This document shows positions 26,195 to 37,142 of a DNA stretch of 64,000 nucleotides, one piece after another; position 1 is the first letter of the stretch, and every line of letters starts with the position of its first letter. The DNA is from Azolla caroliniana (taxonomy: Eukaryota > Plantae > Polypodiophyta). Location of the stretch: NCBI GenBank assembly GCA_043228905.1, contig JBHGNT010000008.1, forward strand, positions 20,708,001-20,772,000. The letters are read 5' to 3'. The notes below the pieces were generated by a model, which was given only the letters and a program-made list of their open reading frames with translations, did not search any database and had not been told where the DNA came from. A program made the position numbers and the translations under genes.

Positions 26195-26517
26195 GTCATA
26201 TATATCAGTATATAGTCGAACTTGTTAATTTACTTGGTGAGTTGTAAAATCTTGATTATATTCAATGAATCAACATTGGTTACTGTGCAATTTCAACCCT
26301 TTCTTTACAAAAAAAACGAGTCTCATAGAAGTGGTTTGCCAAATGATAGAGTTCGTCATATATATCGGTGTATAGTTGAACTTGCTAATTTCTTGGTGAG
26401 TTGTAGGATCTTAATTATATTAAATGAATCAACATTGTTTAGATTAGTGCACAATTTCAGCCCTTTCTTTATAAAAAAATGAGTCTCATACAAGTGGTTT
26501 GCCAAATGGTAGAGTTC
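26195..26517. repeat. ~160-bp tandem duplication (2 diverged copies)
   Basis: gtcatatatatc...gccaaatgRtagagttc starts at 26195 and 26355. Confidence 0.85.
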
Positions 26518-27184
26518 AATGTGTTTAGTTTAAGGCACAATGGATTTTACTTGGTTCCTTGCTAAGTTGTAGAGTGTGACAAGGTCTCTTACTTTAATGT
26601 GCCTTATCTTATGATGACAATGTTCTATGGATAATTATTATAGTGTTGGTGTTGGTGATTGTGGTGACTTAAGTGTTGTTGATGCCGTAGGCTTGTCAAA
26701 CTAGTACCATAAAGAATAGTAAGCATCTTGTGATGATGACCTTGTGGTGATGGTTATTGCAAAGTAGTGTTGCTAATTCAAGGACCAAAGATCAAGCATG
26801 ACTCGTACATTGGAACATTTCACTTCCAAGGCTCACTAATGAGTGCCCTTCCTTAACAATAAACTAAATAAGGAATTGGGTTTGTTACTCCACTATGGCA
26901 CAGACTATAAAATACAACATATAAAATCAAGGGAAAAGTACCAGGATACCCCTGGAAGTTCATCTATTTACCAGAATGCCCCTGGAAGTTCCAAATTTAC
27001 CAAACTACCCCTATGTCCAAAAAAATACAGTTTATAAAGTAATTATACACTCAAATCTACAAGCCTTATTTAGCACAATACCCTTCAAACACAAATTTTT
27101 TTTTATCATATCCTCCCCCCTCATTATGTATGTATGTATGTGTGTGTGTGTATATATACATAGAGAGAAATAGATCTAAGAGAT

Positions 27185-27618
27185 TGTTAAGGATTAGGTA
27201 ATTAATTAAGGAATAATTAATACTTAATTATGTGATTAAGTTAAGCGTGGAAGATTAAGTGATATGTGTGTTTGTGTGTGAGAGGAAGAGAGAGAGAGAT
27301 ACACTTATGAATAACACAAGATGGGGGATGAGTAAGTATATTAAATTAGCTTCAACATCATCAAATACAAAAATACCTTCAATGAGGTATATATAGGTTT
27401 CATGTGCAAGGGTGCACATGTGCTAGGAGAACATAGGTAAAACGTGTAAGTCCTATATTAAATGAGCATGGAGTGGTGAATCTACAATGTATCCCACTCA
27501 AGTACAAAATCCTATTTAAGGCTTTATGGTCAACACACTAACTAGATTCTATCTAGGTAACTACTAAGTTACATGTGTTGACTAACTAACTAAACTAAGT
27601 TGAGCTTGATCTCTCAAC
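27185..27618. mobile_element. Probable solo LTR nested in the left MULE arm
   Basis: Starts TGTTAAG, ends CTCAAC. The (GA)n run followed by a TATATATAG box mirrors the layout of the copia LTR in this window. Flanked by a ~105-bp direct repeat of inner TIR sequence. Confidence 0.5.
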
Positions 27619-28236
27619 TACCCTTCAAACACAAATTTCTTTTTACCATATCCTCCCCCCTCGTTATGTATGTGTGTGTGTGTGTGTATATATATACATA
27701 GAGAGAAACAGATATCAGAGATACATATTAATAGCTCATAATAGAAGCTCATGTTTTTAACAAACAACAAGCAAAGGAGCACAGAGAAAAAGAGAGGAAA
27801 AGAACATCTAGAGAGAGAGAGAGAGTGAGTGAGAGAGAGAGAGAGTGAATTGATTACAAACATGGCGTGCAACAATAGCAACAGGAGAAGAAGAAGAAGG
27901 TTAAACATAGTTGTAGTTAGTGACCATTACCATTACAATCACTAATCCTTCTACCTGTCTACCCTAATTATCCATTCATCCATCTATCTGTGTCTGTGTG
28001 TGTGCATGAGTGAGAGCATACATATATATAGATGTCAACAGAGGTGGCCCAACCTTCCACATTCATGCTGAGTAGTAGCCTAAGGAGCTTTATCTTCAAA
28101 TTACCTCATCCTTCTGGACTGTGGCCCTGACCGATTCGCATTCCCCCTCATCTTCTCCCCCTCTTCCTCTTCCTCTTTTGCTTCTTCTTCTTCCTCCTCC
28201 TCCTCATCTTGTGATTCAGTCTACCTCCTCCTCCTT

Positions 28237-29014
28237 TCATCCGCTCAATCTCATTCCCCACCCGCCTCCCAAAATCACAATCCTAGTAGCATCTTTGTGA
28301 GCCAATGCTTCCCTAACCAACAACAGTCTTATCTTTAGGGCCAGAACCAAATTGTTTCTTCTTCTATCACCGGGAGTCCCGCAAGCAATTCTCCGATAGG
28401 TATATTGAGTAACTGGGAGGACGACGCAACTCAAATCCATGGAGACATAAATGTTATTCCTGTCGATATAGTCTCATAGGATGCATTCATTGCTTTGCTT
28501 TGCTTCCTCTACATTGGCCAATTGATCATTGATCCATCCTGTACCGAAATACTAGGCCCTGCACTGCCCCTTCACTACAATCTACCATCTGCCACTGCTA
28601 ATCCAATGACCTACAATGTTAATTATAATTTACAATTACAGTTACTCTGTTGTGCACTATGGTATCCATATTTGCCTTGAGCTCATCCATGCCGCCAATT
28701 TCTTTGGAGTTGATGAATTGTCCACCTTGGTCCAAGTAAAACACAAGTGATTCATTCATGATTCAACTCTTCAACCTGTAATTATTGCTCATTGCCTAAT
28801 TTGCAATCTAGTATAATTGATTATGTTCTTCTTGTGATAGAGGCAAAGCTAGGGTTAGTTCTGTAGATTAATGATGGGAGCAACCATGCAAGTAACCATA
28901 GTATACCGTTGGAGGATATCGAGATCATGTTGATCGTTGCGAGGAAGCATAAGCTGAATCGGCTATGGTTGTCGGCAACTGAGCTCCTGGTGGCCCAACA
29001 CGATCCCGGTGCAT
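28237..29014 (-). pseudogene. Putative decayed 3-exon gene of unknown family inside the MULE
   Basis: Exons 29014-28907, 28775-28676 and 28610-28237 join in phase via a GT-AG (131 bp) and a GC-AG (65 bp) AT-rich intron. The 6 internal stops are all TGA or TAG. Glu-rich sequence follows in another frame. Confidence 0.45.
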
Positions 29015-29532
29015 CTATTGCCTCTACAAATGACTACTACTATGTTTCTCTCTATGTATACACACACACACATACATAATGAGGAGGGGGAGGAGGGGGG
29101 GATGGTAAAAAGAAATTTGTGTTTGAAGGGTATTTTGGTAAATTCATGATTCAACTCTTCAACCTGTAATTATTGCTCATTGCCTAATTTGCAATCTAGT
29201 ATAATTGATTATGTTCTTCTTGTGATAGAGGCAAAGCTAGGGTTAGTTCTGTAGATTAATGATGGGAGCAACCATGCAAGTAATCATAGTATACCGTTGG
29301 AGGATATCGAGATCATGTTGATCGTTGCGAGGAAGCATAAGCTGAATCGGCTATGGTTGTCGGCAACTGAGCTCCTGGTGGCCCAACACGATCCCGGTGC
29401 ATCTATTGCCTCTACAAATGACTACTACTATGTTTCTCTCTATGTATATACACACACACATACATAATGAGGAGGGGGGGGGGGGGGGGGGGATGGTAAA
29501 AAGAAATTTGTGTTTGAAGGGTATTTTGGTAA
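28754..29532. repeat. 388-bp near-identical tandem duplication inside the right MULE arm
   Basis: attcatgattcaactc... starts at 28754 and 29142; ORF-track duplicates at 28963 and 29351 are 388 bp apart. Confidence 0.93.
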
Positions 29533-31447
29533 ATAGGGTTTGTAGATTTGAGTGTATAATTACTTTATAAAGTGTATTTTTTTGGACATAGGGGTAGTTT
29601 GGTAAATTTGGAACTTCCACGGGCATTCTGGTAAATAAACCAACTTCCATGGGTATCTTGGTACTTTTCCCTAAAATCAATTACCTTTCAACCACTGACT
29701 ATAGCCTACTATGAGGTCGTCCTATGTTAAACTAACATTAGCAACACCACCTAATCACTACAACAATTAAGAAATTAAATAGATAAATAAATAGACTCAA
29801 AGTTGGGACACCCAAAGGTTTATTTTACATGAGAATCCTTACCTTCCATACAAGTTAGAAACCCGAAAATGTGTATTTACATTAGAAGCCCATTATGTGG
29901 TATGCATTAACCATTGTCGATAAGGACACAAATTACAACATGAGCATGTTTCTTGTGGCCTATAACTTATATTCTTGATTTGGAAATATTACACCTTGTA
30001 AAGATATTCAAACAAACAATTGTGATATTATTTCTATTAACATGTCGGGGGTCGTAATATCAGTGTATCGATGAAGATGGTGAAAGAGACATCATAATAG
30101 GTAGGTAAGGGATAACAAAGAGAAAATAAGATTTATGAAAGGAAGAAGGCAAGGTTGGAACTTGGAATAAAGGAGTGAATGGAGAATTAGAATTAGAATT
30201 TTTATCGTCCATAAAGAGGCCAAATTTGACCTGTGGGACTAGAGAAGAAAAAAAGATATTGGAGAGAGGAATATACTAGAGAGATCGAGTAGTAGAAAGC
30301 ACCTAAAATTAGCAATAAACAAAAAAGTAAAGAAATAAAACTAATATGAAATCACTCAAAACATGAGTTAGGTTAACAAAACACTCAAAATATTTAACAA
30401 AATGTTACACTTAATAAAGGATTTGATGCCCTCAATTCAATGTTGATTCCGCGTTTAGAATTAAACATAAAGTCTTAAAAGGAGTGACTTGGCTAATAAT
30501 TATGATGTGGATAACAAACTTGCTCACCAATTTAGAACAAATTAACATGGCCATTGAATTGGGGCCAAACAAAAACAAGTGAAGGAAGTGTTTGATACAT
30601 GGAGTATTAGATTTTTGACATAATCTAATAATCCATCTTCCTTTAGAGACATTATCTCCAGAATGGGAAGTATAGCATAAATAAGAGAAAGTTATGATGG
30701 ACATGACCAAGTTAGTGACATAGTTTAAAGACAATATTGACCCATAGTATGTTCAAAGAAGTCAAAAGTTCTTTTGTGCGTGAAGGAGAGTAATTATAAA
30801 GAAAAATATCCCTATTAAATTAATTGGTAATTTTGATGGAAGTTCATACAATGATGGGACACCTAATTTGTTGGTGCAGAGATGTAGATGGACATGCATA
30901 AGGTTTCTTTTTTGCTCCTAGAACATTGAACCTGCCAATGCTATATTACGATGTCAACATTCATCATGTATATACTATTGATAGATTTTGTATCTACTAG
31001 TGAGATAATGATTTGGGAGAATCAAAGTTGATGAATAGTGCAAATTGCATAATCTTCCTTTGGATAGACGCTATATGGACTATTGGACGATGTTTATGAT
31101 AAATTGCAGGTTGCACTCACACATGATTGGTAATGTCTTGAGTACTAATCCTATGTAAAATAGGAAGATGTGTTTTGGTTGCAAAATCCTCTTCAAATCT
31201 CAAAATGGTTAACCTTACAAGTTGGAACATCTTGATATGTAGAACTAAATATTATATTATGCTAGACATATGTTGGCTTAAAACATATTAGGCATTTGAG
31301 CTCAAGAGTGGTTACAAAAAGTTGATACAAAAGAAATAAGAACCTTCATATACAAGCTTGCACTGACTTATGTGCATGGACGAAGCTATTGTAAAAAGAA
31401 GTAAACTATACTATTTGAATATAGGCAAAATGTCTCATATTGATGAG

Positions 31448-32136
31448 TTATACTATATTGCATACCTTTTGACAAGGACTAGAGAAACTGACAATATAGT
31501 TAGAGGTGCCAGAAAGGCAACTTTTGACTGCGTGTGTCGGATTGTCCTTGGTTGCACCTTCACAAGATTCGAGTGTTACACATGATATAGAAGGGCAACT
31601 ACTATTGGTAAGGAAAACAGATACACCCATGTTGAACCCCGCAACAGCAGAGACATCGTAATAGTCAAAGTTTGAGGAGCCATGTAGTGTGAACTCAAAT
31701 TGAGTGAAACCACTAGAGGGACCATGGTTGCAAGGTTGAACTTTAGAACAAGAATCAAGCGATGCCCAAACTGTGACCTTCTGCGTAGAAGAAGATGGAT
31801 TCAACAAGTTGGAAGATTTTCCAGGTGCAAGGTCAAAGCAACCACCATCCACTGGAGAGGGTGCCCAATGTTGCACACAAATGGTAGTTTGCCATGTATT
31901 GACAACACGGATAATTGTCCCATCCACGATACCACTAATGGGAACGAAATAATGAACTGCACATTATCACAAATGTTCAAACAAACGTTAATCATGCATG
32001 GATCTTGCCCCTCTCAATAGTTAAAATTACTTATACTAGCAAAGATCAAAAGCTAATCAAGATTGATTAAGATATTACCACATTAATACTAAATACCTAT
32101 AAGGAGCAAGAAAGTAACGATTGAGAAGCTCATCAT
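31448..32136 (-). CDS. Small thaumatin-like / PR-5 protein, secreted, 182 aa; exons 32136-32097 and 31956-31448
   Basis: Spliced N-terminus MMSFSIVTFLLLIVHYFVPISGIVDG forms a signal peptide (GT-AG intron 32096-31957, in frame). TLP motifs IRVVN...GG..LAPG, TQFEFTL, DYYDVS..GFN, CP...C, NY.VSF; 10 Cys. Confidence 0.85.
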
Positions 32137-33380
32137 TTTCAAGTCTATTGATTTGTTAATTGTTCCCATTCTTAGTGTAATATGTACCTAGTACATGATT
32201 ATGTGCGTGTATATATACATACACACAAACATTTGTTCTATAAATTATTAATCACAAACAATCATATTTTCCACTATAAATTTACCTTTGAGCCACCATG
32301 GCCATTCCTTTTTCATAATGTTCTTCATCATTGGATACACTCAAATTGATTCTAATTCTCTTCTTTTCTTTCCATATGACTAGCCTTTATCAATAATCAT
32401 GTACTTGAAAAATTACAAGCTACAGAATATATATTGCGATAAGTGTCCTTCCATGTGTGTAGTTTTGGCTCAACACTTTATTTTCAGGGTAATTACATAT
32501 CCACATCCTTCTCAAATCACTAATATCCATAGATGAAACAAGAGAGTGTCTCAAATAGTTATTTTCTCTTGGATGCCTGCAAATAAGAGGAAAAGGACAC
32601 GAGTTCATTGCGTCATTTTCCAAATATGACGTAGAGTTTAGAAGGAGATGAATCAATTATATAAACTTGCTCGAGAGGAGGTGGACCAAGGAACCTTTGC
32701 GGAAAGAAAGAAATGTCAAGTATATTTCTGAGGCCCCTTCCTTAGAAACAACATTATTTATGGCACATACACACAACATACTAATATCGTAGGCTATGAA
32801 CTATTACAATAAAGTAAGGCTACAATGCAAATCAGTAATAAAAAAAAAGGTTTATTACTAGGGGGGAAACATGTCTCCTTTGAAATTCCACTCTCGCTCT
32901 ATAAACATTTGATACATCACATTTATTCGCGGAATCCATTAACATACATATTTTGAGATGGTTTTAATTATGTTTTTGGCATTTGCAAAGGTAGGATTGT
33001 ATGAACAAGACACAAACAAAGGTGTATGAAGCTCTTGATTTGCCAAACCATTCAAATCCCTTCCTTACTTAAAAAGGAAACATCCTGGAAGACATCATTC
33101 CTTTTAAGGCAGCATATTCCTCTTGAAAACTTGGACTAGAGTCTAGAGTAGTTCAAGTACCCTCTTTTAAAGAAAACAATCATTCCTCCTATACTTTTGG
33201 CCCATAGTTCAAATTTTTGTTTCTTCTTCAAAGAAAGAAAAACACCACTTCTTTAGAAGGTATAAACTGCATCCTCTTTCTTTCTCTTTAAGGAAACATC
33301 ACTCCAAAAAACTTGGTTGAGTTCAAAAACCTGCTCTTTCTCCTTTAAGGAAACATCCTTCCATTAAAAGGATGGTTTCC

Positions 33381-33534
33381 TCTATAAAGCTTACTTGACT
33401 TTAAATCCCCTCTCTTCCACAAAACAATACAAAGAGCTCACTCATCAAATGACACAATTACCCTCTATAAAGCTTGATTTTAAATCCCCTCTCTTCCTCG
33501 AAACACAATACAAGGAGCTCACTCATCAAATGAC
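33381..33534. repeat. ~82-bp tandem duplication downstream of the ATL gene
   Basis: cctctataaagctt...gagctcactcatcaaatgac occurs twice. Confidence 0.8.
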
Positions 33535-33625
33535 CATCAAGTTTCAACAAAGTTTATGTAAGTAAGGGAGAATTCATGATGATTTTCATGGCCAACAAAC
33601 TTCGAAGAATTAGACACCAAGCTAT

Positions 33626-34360
33626 CTATCTATAGAGAGATTCTAGTGGACTCCGAGCCACGGGGATGAGTAGCGAGAGGGGCGTGGAGCCCGGGGTCGG
33701 GAGAGGAGATATTGTCCGGCAAATTGGACACGAGGCGTGCATTCGGAGCCACGCATCTACACATGAGGTGTGGAATTGATGCCGGCAATCCGGTAACTTC
33801 CGGATAAGTTCTCCGTCACAATAGTCCGCTAAACAGATGGAACACGAAGAATCGCCATCATCATCATCATCATTATGATCATTATCACAAGCATGGATGC
33901 CATTATAGACTACCTTCTTCTTATTGCTAGACATATACTTGAACTTGGGATACCTATCAAGTGTGGCTTCATCAAGGCCTCCAATTGTGCAATCCCCTCT
34001 AATATGTCCTCCAAATGTAGGGGTGTTTCCTCCTCCTCCTCCTCCTTCTAATGCTAGCTCCAGTTCTCCATCAGCACCATCCCTTCCTCTGTTCCCCATT
34101 GAAATGGCCCTATGAGAAGTCTCTGCAGATGGGTTCCCTTCTATATTCACTTCCCCCCCACCTCCTCCTCTTCTGGTTCTTCTTCTTCTTCTTCTTCCAT
34201 GAACCCTAATGCACACATAAGAAGCAAGCATAATAGAGGAGACAAGAACTAAGATGCCCACAGCTATTGCAATGCCATAGCCCAAACCAACTGTGTTGAT
34301 ATAGCTATCTTCTTCCATTCCTGATGTTAGAGTCTCACTCTGGTTCATGCTCTGCATCAA
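33626..34360 (-). CDS. ATL: RING-H2 ATL-family E3 ubiquitin ligase (TM, basic region, GLD motif, RING-H2), intronless, 244 aa
   Basis: [28 protein letters not shown] segment, Arg-rich stretch, [21 protein letters not shown]...[36 protein letters not shown] tail. Confidence 0.95.
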   Translation of the reverse strand: MMQSMNQSETLTSGMEEDSYINTVGLGYGIAIAVGILVLVSSIMLASYVCIRVHGRRRRRRTRRGGGGGEVNIEGNPSAETSHRAISMGNRGRDGADGELELALEGGGGGGNTPTFGGHIRGDCTIGGLDEATLDRYPKFKYMSSNKKKVVYNGIHACDNDHNDDDDDGDSSCSICLADYCDGELIRKLPDCRHQFHTSCVDAWLRMHASCPICRTISPLPTPGSTPLSLLIPVARSPLESLYR

Positions 34361-34400
34361 TGAGGTAGGGTTTCACGTGGGTTTGGGTTGAAAATGAAGA

Positions 34401-34432
<32 letters not shown>

Positions 34433-34694
34433 GAGGAGGAAGTGCAATAGGATGCTTTCTAGCTTCCATAGCTAACAAGAATATGAATATATGAATGAGA
34501 ATATGAATATATGGATGAGAAGAACTTACCTTCAAAAGAAAGATATAAAAAAGAAGAAGAAAAGAGGCCAAAGGGTTTTGTTTTGAGAGGGGGAGGGGGT
34601 TACAAGAGAAGATGATGGATTGTTTGGGGGCATTGGAAATGATGAGACTTTAGGGTGTCCCAATGGATCAACCCACTCATTAAAATATAGCCCC

Positions 34695-34695
<1 letters not shown>

Positions 34696-34726
<31 letters not shown>
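34696..34726. repeat. (GT)n microsatellite upstream of ATL
   Basis: Directly visible run. Confidence 0.9.
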
Positions 34727-34733
<7 letters not shown>

Positions 34734-37142
34734 TCTCTCTATATGTCTCTCTGGAGTCTGGACATGTGGCAGTGTCCGTTTCACCATTTATGTCTTGCTT
34801 CAAAGACATCAACTGAAATGACTCATTTCTTGTCCAATTACTTGCCATGGGCTTGCCCATTGCCTTCCCCATAGATCACACTTCGTCCATCTTGATATCC
34901 GTCTCTCTGGGCATTGACTTCGATGTTTGCGTCACAACATCAAAACTTCGAAGATTTGAGAGAACTCAGGTCAGATCCCTTGTTGTGGGCTTGTGGTACC
35001 CTCCCCCCTTCTCGTATATTGTGTCTGTGCCCTCCAATAGATGTTAATAATGTATCTACCTATTTGTGTTTTACTCCCACACACACTATATATATATATT
35101 TAGTTGTTGTGGCATCACCCCACATTTCCTCGATCATCTCACGATCCCCCCTAGACGTTAACCATATATCTAATTTTCTTCTTGTCTATCTATAGATGAA
35201 AACAATCCATGATGCCCATCACATTTTGGTTTCGCCATATCTAATAACATTTCCACAAACCATCCTTCGAGCAAACAATGGGAAAGAGTAGCTAAACAAA
35301 CATATGAGAAAGAGACACTAAAACTACAACAAAAATGGCATTTGAAATGTATTGAAGTAATACGCTCGAACCATAAAATCAATGCATTCTACTGAGGGCA
35401 GTAAAACTCGCCACCAACTTTAATCTTCTTGATCCCTGACAATTTTTAAGAATAGCATGGATTAATAAAACGATAAGTAGCATTGCACCACATGTTCTAA
35501 CATAAATGGTATTGCGCTACTCAAAATAATACTACCTTTTGAAGATTTTCCTATACAAACACCCTCCAAACTCTTTTTATTGTGTCACAGCTTGCTAAAG
35601 ATTGTCAGGTTTTATAAATTATTCATCATATGAAATATGTTGCGTAATGTTGCATGAGAAATATTCTTTGATGATGTTGCATGAGTGTCAAATACCAAAT
35701 TATGTCTTCTCATAACTTATATGGAATGATGATGTACTACATAGCTATTATTTTCTTGTAACTTATTTCCAAAGTTGCTATAATGTTCCCTTCTTTTCTT
35801 CTCCAATATTACAATTATGTTGTTTTGAACACTTCTACCAAGCTCTACAACTATAATGTTTGCATCCACAAACTTTGAAAAATAAATGCAATATAATACC
35901 TCGCAAAATATCCCTTATTTTGCCATGTTATTGCAAGATCATTTCATAGCAAGACATTCTATTGACCATGTTAAATTTATATGGATTTCTACAAAATATG
36001 GGGTTTTAAACTAGTTCTAGAACATGCACATTTTCTTACATTATAGAAACCTCTAATTGTTGTGGAGAGTTGAGACCATAACACAATAGTTCTCCATATA
36101 TGTAGCAAAAGGGAGTCATTTTGCCATGCAAACAATGGTTGTAATTCAAGCTTATGCGGGGCTCTGACACATTAGGCATCTAACAAAGCACAAACAACTT
36201 GTTTTTAGCCAAATGCAAAATGTCTATGATGAATACGCTTGCAAAGTCTCGAATATAACCCCAAATGGATTTGCAAGTTTCATTAATACATATATAGTCC
36301 AATACACGTGGGTTTCCTTTTGTCGTTCGTAACTATAAAATATTTTATATGCCATAGTCATGTTGATATAAACAACGCCTTTTAATAAAAATGAGTTCCT
36401 ATCATTATATAACTTTGGGATAGTTTTCATCATTGAACATACTTTATCATTTTGAAGAGGTAATATCCTCTTTAAAAATCATCATTGCAAGATGGTTATC
36501 ATGTCTAATCAATTATAGCAAGAGGGTGAACTAGGCCTCCCTTATATAGGTGGCTCACCTATTGTACAAATGAAGCTTGCTCCTTAGTTGTCTTTACACC
36601 TCAACTCTAACCCTTCACTAATTCCCTCGAACCCTATCACTCATTTGTAATTGTACTTCTCCACATATGTATGACGAACTACTATACCATATACCTTGTG
36701 ATGGCCTCTACCCATGGAGTGTTCTGAACGACTTGAGGTCTCAATATTTTATAACATTGAGCTCTTCCATTGGGGTATGTCATTCGTGTCTCGTTGAAGG
36801 ACTTACATGATGTTGAATAGTTTTAGAAGGAACTGGGGATAGAGATTGGTGATCAAAGGCACTTCCCTTTTAAATAATGATCATTTGATAGTTATAATGA
36901 ATGGTTATGTGAGGAGCTTAATTAACATTAGTGGACCTCACTAAAATTTGTTATTTACATCATTTACGTGGGGTGGTTCTTGCTTGGATATGGCGATGTC
37001 GTAATCAAAACTGCCCTCCATTGATGGTTTTAATGAAGAGCAGTATTAACACCTCCCAAAGTCAAGATTTTCAGAATATGATGCACCCTTAGCACATTGA
37101 AATTCGATGCAACTAAAGAGAACCACATGACACTTTGATCCA

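Larger units (their letters stand above)
26931..29671. mobile_element. Non-autonomous Mutator-like element (MULE) with ~240-bp TIRs and 9-bp TSD
   Basis: Ends GGGAAAAGTACC... / ...GGTACTTTTCCC. TIRs ~26931-27170 and ~29433-29671. TSD TAAAATCAA at 26922-26930 and 29672-29680. No transposase ORF. Confidence 0.93.

Noticed and set aside
28250-28290. RIVILGGGWG as a Rossmann FAD-binding motif from a captured oxidoreductase
   Set aside because: It sits at the end of the frame with no following helix or downstream domain; likely chance.
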